NCBI GenBank assembly: GCA_012959605.1
Contig: DUCU01000032.1
Location: 51,883-115,882 of the forward strand
DNA from: Dehalococcoidia bacterium
Lineage (GTDB): Bacteria > Chloroflexota > Dehalococcoidia > Lucifugimonadales > UBA3495
Direction of reading: 5' to 3'
Length of the DNA stretch: 64,000 nucleotides
Part shown: positions 8,822-18,591 of the stretch, piece after piece
How the letters are laid out: each line of letters begins with the position of its first letter
How positions within the stretch are numbered: the stretch's first letter is position 1
The notes under the pieces: model-generated
Database searches by the model: none
What the model was told of the DNA's origin: nothing
What the model saw: the letters and a program-made list of their open reading frames with translations, nothing else
Made by a program: the position numbers and the translations under genes

Positions 8822-9733
8822 TTAGCCATTCACCTTGGAGAGCAATCCTCGAGCGGCGGTGATGAAATCGACTGGGTTGTCGCCCTGGACCAAATGGCCG
8901 GCGTTTGAAATGGTCTCGGTGGTGCAATCGACCATTACCTCACCCATCTTTGCCAGAGTTTCCTCGGCAAAGATGTCGCTGCGGTCGCCCCTAAGTACCA
9001 ACGACGGACAATCCACCGCCTGCACACATTCCCACAGCTTTTCCACGGGCCAATTGGGGTCGGATCCCATGCGACTCCGGTTCTTGGTCGCCGGGTCCCA
9101 TTTCCAAGACCATTTGCCGTCTGAAGTCTGGCGGATGCTGTATTTGAGCGCCCCAAGAACCTGCTCTTCCGTGCGGCCGGTATATTCTTTGATGCGGTCA
9201 GCAAATTCTTGGAAGCTGTCCAAATCGTTGGGCAGTTCACGGAAATTTCGAATCCGGTCTTGGCCTTGGCGTTGGGTTTCGGGTCCGGTGTCCACAATAG
9301 TCAGAGACCGCAGTGTCTTGGGGTGTCTGGACGCCCAGATGAAGCTGTTGCGACCGCCCATAGAATGGCCCATCAGGTTAAAGTCGTCCAATCCAATGGC
9401 CTCGATTACGCCGTCCATATCAGCCTGCATAGAGTCCAAGGAGTAAATGCCGTCCTCGGCCCAGTCTGTATCGCCGTGGCCGCGTTGGTCCACCGCAATC
9501 ACATGGTAGTCGGGTGACAGGTTCAGGCTGATAAAGTCCCAACTGTGGGCCTGCTGGGAAACGCCGTGGAACATCACCAAGGTGGGCTTGGAAGAATCAC
9601 CCCACTCCAGGTAGTGAAAATTCAGTCCGTTGGCCTTGACCGTCCGGTCTACAGGCTCGTTCTCCTCAGTAAAGGGGACACCCATATTTCTTGCTGCTTG
9701 GTATAAGGAAAGCCCCAGTGAGTGGGAAGCCAT
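8822..9733 (-). CDS. Alpha/beta hydrolase
   Basis: FHG, DQRGHG, GHSMGG nucleophile elbow and AGH. Confidence 0.9.
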   Translation of the reverse strand: MASHSLGLSLYQAARNMGVPFTEENEPVDRTVKANGLNFHYLEWGDSSKPTLVMFHGVSQQAHSWDFISLNLSPDYHVIAVDQRGHGDTDWAEDGIYSLDSMQADMDGVIEAIGLDDFNLMGHSMGGRNSFIWASRHPKTLRSLTIVDTGPETQRQGQDRIRNFRELPNDLDSFQEFADRIKEYTGRTEEQVLGALKYSIRQTSDGKWSWKWDPATKNRSRMGSDPNWPVEKLWECVQAVDCPSLVLRGDRSDIFAEETLAKMGEVMVDCTTETISNAGHLVQGDNPVDFITAARGLLSKVNG

Positions 9734-9892
9734 GTTTTTTCCTCCGGTCAAAGTCCAAAACTATGATAAACCGAGTGTCAAGATTTAAGGTCGCAAAGCG
9801 CCTAAAATGATACTCAAGAAGATGCGGCATTCACTTTCCAGGTGGCTAATGATATTATTAGACGGTTGCGATTCGTCACTTCTCGCATCAAC

Positions 9893-9978
9893 CCTATGTG
9901 CACTAATTCCCAAAGGTTAGCCGTAGCCCTTCTGGCCCATGCGCACTAATTCCTAAATATTGGCCGCAGCCCTTCTGG
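9893..9978 (+). repeat. Tandem 43 bp direct repeat in the rplY leader
   Basis: 9893-9935 versus 9936-9978: 36/43 identical by manual alignment. Confidence 0.85.
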
Positions 9979-10015
9979 GATTCTGAAGTACAAATATACC
10001 GGAGACCATCGTCCC

Positions 10016-10660
10016 ATGACTACGAACTCAGTCCAGATTGAACTAAATCCCAGAGAACTAATGGGCAAAAAGGTAGCGCGCTTGCGCCGCGTCGGAATTG
10101 TCCCTGTCCATCTTTACGGACCCGGAATGGAGCCTCGGTCACTACAGTGCCAAGCCTCCACTCTAATCCGGACACTGGCCACTGCCGGTGGTGCCACACC
10201 CATCCACATCACCATCCAGGGTGAGTCTGGCACGCATTTGGCCTTTGCCAGAGAGATTCAGTGGGACCCGATGCGCGACGACCTGTTGCACGTCGACCTG
10301 CTGGCCGCAGACATCAGCAGGCCGGTAACCGCCCAGGTTCCGATTATACTGACTGGCGAATCTGCCGGCGCACGCTTGGTCAATGGCACAGTGATGCAAC
10401 AACTGCGCACTGTGGATGTCCAGGCATTGCCCCTGGAGATGCCAAACCAGATTGAAGTTGATCTAGCGATCATGGAAAACGCCGACTCGGTGATCCGTGC
10501 CAGTGACCTGGCGATTCCTAGTTCTGCCACACTCTTAACCGATGCCGAAGAGCTGGTGGTCAGGATTGAGCTTCCCAGAGTCGCAGAAGAATTCACCGCA
10601 GCCGAAGGCGGAGCCGAAGAGAGTGGAGACGCCCCTGCCGAAGAATCATCCGAGGAGTAG
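10016..10660 (+). CDS. rplY: 50S ribosomal protein L25 (long Ctc type)
   Basis: RLRRVGIVPVHLYG, EIQWDP..LLHVD, C-terminal beta domain and acidic tail. Confidence 0.93.
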   Translation: MTTNSVQIELNPRELMGKKVARLRRVGIVPVHLYGPGMEPRSLQCQASTLIRTLATAGGATPIHITIQGESGTHLAFAREIQWDPMRDDLLHVDLLAADISRPVTAQVPIILTGESAGARLVNGTVMQQLRTVDVQALPLEMPNQIEVDLAIMENADSVIRASDLAIPSSATLLTDAEELVVRIELPRVAEEFTAAEGGAEESGDAPAEESSEE

Positions 10661-10750
10661 ACTTCGGAACCAGTCGACTTTCAGCTTGATCCATAGTCCC
10701 GTCCGGGTAAACAAGTCAGTTCTCCAGGTCGGAATCGCTAAAGAAATAAA

Positions 10751-10802
10751 AACGCCGGAGGAGCAAATCCCGCATGCGGGGAGGCCTCCGGCGGTTGTTT
10801 TG
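10751..10802 (+). terminator. Hairpin with T-tract, possible terminator between rplY and the DUF3800 gene
   Basis: CGCCGGAGG...CCTCCGGCG stem with an inner CCCGCATGCGGG hairpin, followed by GTTGTTTTT. Confidence 0.45.
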
Positions 10803-10813
10803 GAGATAGGAAA

Positions 10814-11584
10814 ATGTTCCTGACCTATGTTGGAGAATCCGGACTTACCGGCACAACGGTCAATGACCCATCCCAAGGACACCAGATCTACACGGGGCTT
10901 TTCATCCACGAGAGCCAGTCAATCTCGGTAAACGGCGAGTTCAACGCCCTGTGCCGCCGCCATTTTGGCGCGCCGCTGGGCGAAGAAGGCGCACCAAACG
11001 TCATCCGACCGGTAGACCTCTACCAAGGATTGGGCTATTTCTCCTCCTGGACTCCGGCCAAGAGAAACGAACTGATGCAAGACTGCCTGGGTATCATGAT
11101 TCGCCGCGAGACACCGGTAATCACCGCCTACATCAACAAACAAGAGTTCATCGACGCCAGAGCAGCCGGGAACGATGATTACATCAACAGGTGGGATACT
11201 CCTACAGGCCCACTGGTGAATAAATTCTTCTTTGCAATTGGTATGTTCCTAGACGAGCTCAACATGTCCAGCCTATCCGGCGACGACATCATGGACGGCA
11301 CAGTACCCATCGCCAACCATGCCTTGGTCATGGCCCAAAACGGGGCCTCACTGGAAGCTAAGTTCATGGCCGAGTTCCTACGGTCTGATGAGGGCATCGA
11401 CGCCACCGGGTTAATCGATGACATCTGCTTCGTGGAATCGGCACGCTCCGTTGGCAATCAGTTGTCCAATCTGGTCGCCTACTTCGTCCGACGTTGGCTC
11501 CAAAATCCGGAACGTCCCCATCCTTACTTCGACGGCCTCCGGGAAAACAAGGTGATTCAAGTCATTTACCCTGTCAACATCTAA
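10814..11584 (+). CDS. DUF3800-like protein (degenerate acidic motifs)
   Basis: N-terminal YVGESG (family pattern YxDESG) and C-terminal FVES..S...QLSNLVAY (family pattern QLADxxAY). Confidence 0.7.
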   Translation: MFLTYVGESGLTGTTVNDPSQGHQIYTGLFIHESQSISVNGEFNALCRRHFGAPLGEEGAPNVIRPVDLYQGLGYFSSWTPAKRNELMQDCLGIMIRRETPVITAYINKQEFIDARAAGNDDYINRWDTPTGPLVNKFFFAIGMFLDELNMSSLSGDDIMDGTVPIANHALVMAQNGASLEAKFMAEFLRSDEGIDATGLIDDICFVESARSVGNQLSNLVAYFVRRWLQNPERPHPYFDGLRENKVIQVIYPVNI

Positions 11585-11599
11585 AAACCGGTAGCCTGA

Positions 11600-12016
11600 T
11601 TACGGGACTCGCACCAACCGCCGCAGGAACGCGCTGAGCAGGTCCACGGCCACCACCAGAATCAGGTACCACAGGATGATTAGCGCCACATCGGTGTACT
11701 GGAAGAAGCTAAGACTAAGCCTGAATTCTCTGCCTAGGCCACCCGCGCCGACGAATCCCACCACCACAGTGGTGCGAATCACCACCTCCCAGCGGTACAG
11801 CAGGTAGGTGAGGAACTGGGGCATGGCCTGGGGGATAATCCCATAGGCCAGCATCTGCAGATTGCCCGCCCCTGCGGAACGCAACGCTCGTGCCGGCCCC
11901 GGGTCCATGTTCTCCACTACCTCGGCCGAAAGCTTGCCCACGATGCCGTAATTGTGCAGCCCCAGGGCAATGGCTCCGGGCAGTATCCCCGGCGACAGAA
12001 AGAACACGATCACCAT
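11600..12016 (-). pseudogene. phnE: Truncated PhnE/PtxC-type phosphonate ABC permease (C-terminal part only)
   Basis: GKLSAEVVEN, ALRSAGA, YRWEVVIR and VGFVGAGGLG motifs. An in-frame stop lies just upstream, and there is no phnC or phnD nearby. Confidence 0.7.
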
Positions 12017-12388
12017 GGAAACCCAGTGGGACCGCCGGCCAGTCCAGGCCTCCTAGGCGTGGACTCAAGTAAACCCGGCGTTTGGATTCCTCATGGGAAT
12101 TTGGTTTGTGGCTGTCACATCAAAAAGATTAATAGACTATATAAAGACAGTCAAATACAGTGGAGTCTATATTGCCCTTATCAGAGACCAAAACGGGCGT
12201 GCTTGGCCGGGCGATTCCTTTACAACAATTTGGCACGGCATTACAATCGCTAGTCAGAGAAAACGACGTATTTCACTGCTTTCTCTAACTATTTCACCCG
12301 ATTAAACCTACAGATTAAATCAACTGGTTTAACCTGCAACCCATTTCAAACAGCCCGCCACCAAGCCGGCCGGGACCTACAGGATTTG

Positions 12389-13918
12389 ATGCCAGACCCA
12401 GAAGACATTCTAATGGCCAATCGGGCCACCAAGCTCGAACGTATCCGCGGCAACGGCATCGACCCGTATCCTGCCCGTTTCCACCGCTCCTACGACACCG
12501 CCACCGCCACCACACTCTTCGAAGAACTGGAGAACGCTGAGCCAGCCGACGAGAAGCTTCAGAATGTCACCCTGGCCGGTCGTATCTCTTCCATGCGCAC
12601 CATGGGCAAGGCGGCGTTCGTAGACCTGAGAGACGCTTCCGGAGTTATCCAGGTTCTCATGCGTCAGAACAATCTCAATGAGGGATTTGAGCTAATCAAG
12701 GACTTGGACTTGGGCGATCATTTGGGCGTGCGCGGCAATCTGATGCGCACCCGCACCGGCCAAGTCACCATCGACGCACTGGAACTCACGGTCACCGCCA
12801 AAGGTATGCGCCCGCTGCCGGAGAAATGGCACGGCCTGAGGGACGTTGAAACACGATATCGGCAGCGCTACCTGGACCTGATCGCCAACCAGGACGAGAT
12901 CATGCCGATCTTTGTCCTGCGCAGCAACGTAATCAGCGGTATCCGCCGGTTCCTAGACGACCGGGGCTTCTTGGAAGTGGACACTCCCATTCTGGTCCCC
13001 GTGGCCGGCGGCGCCCACGCCCAACCTTTCATCACTCACCACAACGCCTTGGACCAGCAGCTTTACCTGCGCATCGCTACTGAACTCTATTTGAAGCGCC
13101 TAATCATCGGCGGCTTCGACAAGGTCTATGAGATTGGCCGGGTCTTCCGGAACGAGGGTATCGACCAGGACCACAACCCAGAGTTCACCTTGCTAGAGAG
13201 CTATGAGGCCTACGCCGACTACAATGATGTGATGGACATGGTTGAGCAAATGGTCTCAACCATCTGTAAGGCAGTCAATGGCACCACCAAGGTGACCATC
13301 GGCGATGAAGTCATCGACTTTGAGCCGCCGTGGGCGCGGGTCAGCCTGCGTGAGGAACTCGAAAAACGCAGCGGCATCAAACTGGAAACCGTCAATGATG
13401 AAGAACTCCGCAAGAAAGCGTCAGAAATTGGAATCGACACCGTGGTGCTGGAGAGTCGCGGGCGGTTGATTGACAAGTTGCTGTCCACATTTGTGGAGCC
13501 AAACCTGATCCAACCAACCTTTGTCCTGGACTACCCGGAGGAGATGTCCCCGCTGGCCAAGGCCAAGCCAGACACTCCCGGATACGTGGAACGGTTTGAA
13601 GCCTTTGCCTTTGGCATGGAGATCGCCAACTCCTACAGCGAGCTGAACGACCCGGCAGTGCAACGGGCGCGATTTGAAGACCAGGCCCGGATACAGCAAC
13701 TATTCGAAAACGAAGACGTCGACCGACAAGACGATGACTTCCTCACAGCCATGGAATACGGCATGCCCCCCACCGGCGGCCTGGGCATCGGCATCGACCG
13801 GCTGGTGATGCTGCTCTCAGGACAACCATCGATCCGCGACGTGCTGCTGTTCCCCCAGATGCGGACACTGCGCACCGATTCAACAGAAAAAGAGCCGGAA
13901 GAAGAAACAACGGAATAA
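12389..13918 (+). CDS. lysS: Lysine--tRNA ligase (class II)
   Basis: RYRQRYLDL, YLRIATELYLKRL, FRNEG, HNPEFT and GLGIGIDRL. Confidence 0.97.
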   Translation: MPDPEDILMANRATKLERIRGNGIDPYPARFHRSYDTATATTLFEELENAEPADEKLQNVTLAGRISSMRTMGKAAFVDLRDASGVIQVLMRQNNLNEGFELIKDLDLGDHLGVRGNLMRTRTGQVTIDALELTVTAKGMRPLPEKWHGLRDVETRYRQRYLDLIANQDEIMPIFVLRSNVISGIRRFLDDRGFLEVDTPILVPVAGGAHAQPFITHHNALDQQLYLRIATELYLKRLIIGGFDKVYEIGRVFRNEGIDQDHNPEFTLLESYEAYADYNDVMDMVEQMVSTICKAVNGTTKVTIGDEVIDFEPPWARVSLREELEKRSGIKLETVNDEELRKKASEIGIDTVVLESRGRLIDKLLSTFVEPNLIQPTFVLDYPEEMSPLAKAKPDTPGYVERFEAFAFGMEIANSYSELNDPAVQRARFEDQARIQQLFENEDVDRQDDDFLTAMEYGMPPTGGLGIGIDRLVMLLSGQPSIRDVLLFPQMRTLRTDSTEKEPEEETTE

Positions 13919-13920
13919 CA

Positions 13921-15210
13921 ATGCTTTCAATCGAACACATACGAGAGAACCCGGATGAGGTACGCGCCGCCCTCAAAACCAGAGGGGAGGACGACTCCAT
14001 CACGGAGGTTCTTGAACTGGATACGGCAATTCGCGCGACTATCACCGAACGCGACAACCTCAACGCGGAACGAAACCGGGTCAGCAAGGAATTGGGCCAG
14101 GCGCGCTCCCAAGGGCAAGAAGTCTCAGAAGAGGCCAGGGCCCAGATGCGGGAGATTGGCAACCAGGCCGATGCCTTGAACGAGAAAACCAAAGAGATGG
14201 GCAACCGGATGGGCGAATTAATGCTCACACTACCAAATCTGCCCCAGTCTGGCGTGCCGGTGGGCGAAGATGAGACCGGCAGCATCATCATCCGCCAAAA
14301 CGGCGAGCCGCCCGTCATGGACTTTGAACCCAAGCCCCACTGGGACCTGGGCGAAGAACTTGGCATCATCGACTTTGAACGCGGCACCAAGCTGGCTGGA
14401 AGTCGGTTCTACAATCTGGTGGACTACGGCCCCAAACTGGAACGCGCGCTGATCTCCTTCATGCTTGACCTCCACACCAACGACCACGGCTACACAGAGA
14501 TTTCCCTGCCGGCAGTGGTGAAACGAGAAATCATGGAAGGCTCCGGCAACCTGCCCAAGTTTGCCGACAATCTCTACCACGACGACGAAGATGACCTCTG
14601 GCTGATACCCACCGCCGAGGTCCCCATCACCAACCTCTACCGGGACGAGATTATCCCGGCCAACACCCTGCCACTCAAATACGTGGCCCAGACTCCTTGC
14701 TTCCGCCGTGAAAGGGCCTCTGCGGGACGAGATACACGCGGCATCAAACGGGTGCACCAATTCAACAAGGTTGAGATGTATCAGTTTGTGGAGCCTGAGA
14801 CCTCCAATGACGAGCTGGACAAACTCGTGGACCACGCCGAGGACGTATGCCGCAAGTTGGGGTTCACCTACCGGGTTTTAGCCCTCTGCACCGGTGATAT
14901 GGGCTTTGCGTCTTCCAAGACCTACGACATTGAGGTCTGGGCCGCAGGCTGCCAGGAATGGCTTGAAGTCAGCTCCTGCTCCAATTGCACCGACTTCCAA
15001 GCCCGGCGATCCAATATCCGCTACCGTTCTGAAGAGGGCGGCCGCCCCCGCATTCCCCACACGCTGAACGGCTCCGGCCTGGCCCTGCCCCGTGTCATGA
15101 TTGCCATCATAGAGAACTACCAGCAGCCAGACGGGTCGGTGGTTATCCCTGAGGTGTTGCGTCCCTACACCGGGTTTGATGTGATTCCGGCCAAAAAGGC
15201 AACCATCTAG
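13921..15210 (+). CDS. serS: Serine--tRNA ligase
   Basis: LIPTAEVP, FRRE, RVHQFNKVE, EVSSCSNC and HTLNGSGLA. Confidence 0.97.
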   Translation: MLSIEHIRENPDEVRAALKTRGEDDSITEVLELDTAIRATITERDNLNAERNRVSKELGQARSQGQEVSEEARAQMREIGNQADALNEKTKEMGNRMGELMLTLPNLPQSGVPVGEDETGSIIIRQNGEPPVMDFEPKPHWDLGEELGIIDFERGTKLAGSRFYNLVDYGPKLERALISFMLDLHTNDHGYTEISLPAVVKREIMEGSGNLPKFADNLYHDDEDDLWLIPTAEVPITNLYRDEIIPANTLPLKYVAQTPCFRRERASAGRDTRGIKRVHQFNKVEMYQFVEPETSNDELDKLVDHAEDVCRKLGFTYRVLALCTGDMGFASSKTYDIEVWAAGCQEWLEVSSCSNCTDFQARRSNIRYRSEEGGRPRIPHTLNGSGLALPRVMIAIIENYQQPDGSVVIPEVLRPYTGFDVIPAKKATI

Positions 15211-15230
15211 CTCCCGTAATCAATCAACAA

Positions 15231-15833
15231 GACGATGAAGTCATAGTTGAGGAGATTGAGAGCGAAGAACTTGATGCTACTCCGGAGCCAACTTTGACGG
15301 CTGACCCAACTGCAACACCATCGCCAATTACCGAAACTCCGTCAGATCAAGGCCTGGCAAACCTCACCGGGGTTCAGGTAGACGCCGCCCTGACCCGCTT
15401 CGCCTTTATTGAGGAATGGGATTACACAGATAAGAACAAAAGCATCGGACCGGCAGTGGATCACTTCCATTTCGGGTTTAGCCACATCTTCTCCAGGGAC
15501 CCGATAATTCCTTGCGCTGACAGCAGTAACTGCAAAATGGAGGCAGAATCCCACAACCTCAGCATCCGCAACGCGTCTGCACATGAATCTCAGAATGAAG
15601 CCTACTTCATTGACAGGCACGACCACCTTTGCATTACGACCGCAATCAAGACAGACGTAGTCCGGGGTGCCAAGGTGTCGATCTCAGGCACTCGAGATTT
15701 CCGGTTGGAGAAGTTCCGTGAGAACGGCATAATAATCCCCATCGACGAACCCTGCGATGGCTTCTCGAATGTCGCAGTCCACGACGAGACGCTGCGGCTC
15801 TTCAATTCAATAATCAATTTCCTAGCACAATAA
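15231..15833 (+). pseudogene. Hypothetical protein, probably a 5'-truncated remnant of a secreted protein
   Basis: The frame stays open upstream of TTG 15294 with an acidic and P/T-rich linker (DDEVIVEE...ATPEPT..TATPSP) but no signal peptide or clear start. Confidence 0.4.
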
Positions 15834-15900
15834 TCCCCTTAGACAGACGACCCTCCGTGGGCTAGAATGCCTGCAATCTGATTCAGGCTGGAGGTTGACC

Positions 15901-16710
15901 ATGTCGGGAATTTGGCCCGGTGAGACCCAGTGTGTAGTGCTGCTTGGCTTTGACATTGACGGGGTATCGTCCTGGTTAAACCGTGACCCGTCGTTTAAAG
16001 ACCACCCAAGCCTCATGTCCATGGCCGAATACGGTCCGTCAGTCGCTACTCCAAGAATCTTAGACATGCTGGACGCCCACTTGGTCCAAGCCAGCTTCTA
16101 CGTGCCGGGATACGTGGCCGAGACCCACGAAGAAATGGTCGCTGAAATCTTCCGCCGTGGCCACGAGATTGCCCATCATGGCTATATGCACGAACCGCCG
16201 TCCAGCCTCACCCGCGAGCAAGAGATAGACGTCATCGAGTCCGGCATCCGCATCCTCAGCGGGATCACCGGCGAGCAACCGTTGGGCTACCGTTCCCCAA
16301 GTTGGGAGCTTTCGGAGCATTCCCTGGAGTTACTGACCGACCACGGTTTCATCTACGACAGCAGCCTGATGGGAGACGACGCACCCTACATAGTCGAGTC
16401 TCCAACCAACGACAAATCCCTGGTTGAATTGCCCGTGCACTGGTTGCTGGACGATGCGCCAAACTTTGTCTACGCGCCGGTGGCCAACCGGCTTGGCCCC
16501 ATGCGAAACCCGGACGAGGTCTACCAAACATGGGCCGCTGAATTTGAAGGACTCTACCGATACGGCCGGGCCTTTACCCTCACTATGCACCCTCAGTACA
16601 TCGGGCGACCCGGTCGGCTTCTCATGCTGGAACGGTTGATTGAACACATCAAGTCGTTCCCCAACGTGGAATTCATGCGGGCCATAGACGTGGCCGAGAT
16701 GTGGCGGTAA
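15901..16710 (+). CDS. Polysaccharide deacetylase (CE4, PuuE/HpPgdA-like)
   Basis: FDID, EYG, GHEIAHHGYMH, GYRSP, YDSS and TMHP. Confidence 0.9.
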   Translation: MSGIWPGETQCVVLLGFDIDGVSSWLNRDPSFKDHPSLMSMAEYGPSVATPRILDMLDAHLVQASFYVPGYVAETHEEMVAEIFRRGHEIAHHGYMHEPPSSLTREQEIDVIESGIRILSGITGEQPLGYRSPSWELSEHSLELLTDHGFIYDSSLMGDDAPYIVESPTNDKSLVELPVHWLLDDAPNFVYAPVANRLGPMRNPDEVYQTWAAEFEGLYRYGRAFTLTMHPQYIGRPGRLLMLERLIEHIKSFPNVEFMRAIDVAEMWR

Positions 16711-16747
16711 ACCGCTAACCCTAGTATTCGGATGCTGGAGATGACCT

Positions 16748-17839
16748 ATGGATTACGGGATCGGGATTCCTTCATACATCGACGCTTGGCGTGAGGTTCA
16801 AGCGGCCGAGCAAGCAGGGTTCACCCATGCGTGGTTCTACGACTCGCAACTAATCTACAGCGATGTCTACGCAACGATGGCCCTGGCCGCACAAAACACC
16901 ACCCGCATCAAATTGGGCACTCTGGTGTCAATTCCAACCAACCGCATCGCACCGGTGACCGCCTCGGCGATTGCCACCATTAACAAGTTAGCGCCGGGCC
17001 GGGTTATCTTGACCATGGGCACTGGCTACACGGGTAGAAACACCATGGGGCTGCCGCAGTTGTCCGTGCAACGCCTGAGGGAATACACCCAACAGGTGAT
17101 AGGCCTTCTCGCCGGTGAGGATGTGCTCTTCCGGGAGGGTGACAAGGAGCGATGGGTCCGCTTGATCCACGCTGACCACGAAGATTTCATCAACATCAAG
17201 GATCCGATTCCCGTATTTGTTGCCGCCAATGGTCCAAGGGCTCTGGGGGTTGTCGGCGAGCTTGCCGAAGGCTGGGTGACGACTCTGCGAGCCAGGACCG
17301 ACCTGGCCGACAATTATGCGGCGATTAAAAAGTCGGCAGCCCAATCAGGCCGCAGCACCGACAAACCGTATACCGTGGCGCTGAGCTACGGATGCGTACT
17401 GCGAGAGGGCGAATCCCTAAGTTCTGAGCGAGTGCTGGCTCGTGTTGGTCCAAGTATCATGCCTGGAGTGCATGCCCAGTGGGAGGCCAAGTACGGCCCG
17501 GGGGCCAATCTGGGAATGAGTCCCGATTCCGAGGTGGCCGACACCTATGAAGGCTATCTCCAAGAGTTTGCCTCAACCCACGGCACGCCGTCTGACCGTC
17601 TCTACCTGGACGCCCACCGAGGACACATGGTCTTCCTAAAACCGGGCGAGGAGCAATTCACCACTCCGGAACTCATGGCCCGGTCTCTGACTGGCACTGG
17701 GCCTGAAATCATCGAAAAGCTGGAGCGAATGGAAGCCACTGGGATAAATAACGTGGCAGTTTCCGTGACCAATGCCGAAGGCGCACGTGACCTGATCCAA
17801 GACTTTGGTCGTGAAGTAATCGCCAAGCGAGAAAAGTAA
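16748..17839 (+). CDS. LLM-class flavin-dependent oxidoreductase
   Basis: AWFYDS, TTRIKLGTLV, GRVILTMGTG and IPVFVAANGP. Confidence 0.9.
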   Translation: MDYGIGIPSYIDAWREVQAAEQAGFTHAWFYDSQLIYSDVYATMALAAQNTTRIKLGTLVSIPTNRIAPVTASAIATINKLAPGRVILTMGTGYTGRNTMGLPQLSVQRLREYTQQVIGLLAGEDVLFREGDKERWVRLIHADHEDFINIKDPIPVFVAANGPRALGVVGELAEGWVTTLRARTDLADNYAAIKKSAAQSGRSTDKPYTVALSYGCVLREGESLSSERVLARVGPSIMPGVHAQWEAKYGPGANLGMSPDSEVADTYEGYLQEFASTHGTPSDRLYLDAHRGHMVFLKPGEEQFTTPELMARSLTGTGPEIIEKLERMEATGINNVAVSVTNAEGARDLIQDFGREVIAKREK

Positions 17840-17936
17840 GTCACCATCCAGTAATTCGGGACTGGCAACTTCTTGCCAACATGCAACATCAGAATTAACA
17901 TGGGTGCAGATTCGCCCGCATCTTCAGGAGCATAAA

Positions 17937-18239
17937 ATGCCTAAAGTTCATGACCGCGGCGGTTGGCCCAACGAAGACCCCATCGACCAATCCGAGCACG
18001 AGATGGAGGAATGGGAACGCAAGGTGGACGCACTCAACGGCGTGCTGGGCGACCTGGGCCTCAAGACTTCCGACCAACTACGTCGGGCCATCGAGAGCAT
18101 GGACCTGGCCACCTACGAGTCTCTGGCCTATTACGAAAAATGGACGGCCGCCATGGAGATGCTCCTGGTAGAGCAGGGTGTGATGACCACCGCAGAGATT
18201 GACGCCAAGATGGAAACCCTGAAACAGGGGCAAGCATAG
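17937..18239 (+). CDS. scnB: Thiocyanate hydrolase beta-like subunit (N-terminal half of NHase beta)
   Basis: HDRGG, WER, LRRAIES and YYEKW motifs. AGGAG RBS precedes ATG 17937. Confidence 0.75.
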   Translation: MPKVHDRGGWPNEDPIDQSEHEMEEWERKVDALNGVLGDLGLKTSDQLRRAIESMDLATYESLAYYEKWTAAMEMLLVEQGVMTTAEIDAKMETLKQGQA

Positions 18240-18241
18240 TC

Positions 18242-18538
18242 ATGGCCCAGTCTCCATCTGCCAAGTACAAACCAGGCGACCAAGTGCGCATCCGCGTGGG
18301 CGTTCCGCCAACCCATTTCCGGACCCCGGAATATGTGCAGGGGAAACAGGGCGAAATAGAAACCTCTTGGGGGGCTTACCCCAACCCTGAGGGCCTGGCT
18401 TACGGCGGCGACGGACTGCCGGCCCAGCCTCTCTACCTGGTTAAATTCGCCCAGACCGACCTATGGACCAACTACGAAGGCGCAGCAAAAGACGCCCTGT
18501 TACTAGACATCTACGAAAACTGGCTAGAGTCGATTTAA
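18242..18538 (+). CDS. scnA: Thiocyanate hydrolase alpha-like subunit (SH3-like C-terminal half of NHase beta)
   Basis: GDQVRI, HFRTPEYVQGKQG, LYLVKF...LW and DIYENWLE. Confidence 0.75.
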   Translation: MAQSPSAKYKPGDQVRIRVGVPPTHFRTPEYVQGKQGEIETSWGAYPNPEGLAYGGDGLPAQPLYLVKFAQTDLWTNYEGAAKDALLLDIYENWLESI

Positions 18539-18591
18539 ATCAAACAGACCCAGCTAAACAAAATAATTAGGCTGATTCAGGAGAGCATCCC

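Noticed and set aside
9893-9978. Mini CRISPR array
   Set aside because: Only two units, directly abutting with no spacer, and no cas genes in the window.
10755-10800. c-di-GMP-I (GEMM) riboswitch (GAGCAAATCC...GGGGAGGC)
   Set aside because: No GNRA tetraloop, no GCAAAG junction and no second stem. It is better explained as a terminator-like hairpin.
12020-12388. T-box leader for lysS-serS
   Set aside because: No GGTGGnACC T-box motif or antiterminator is visible.
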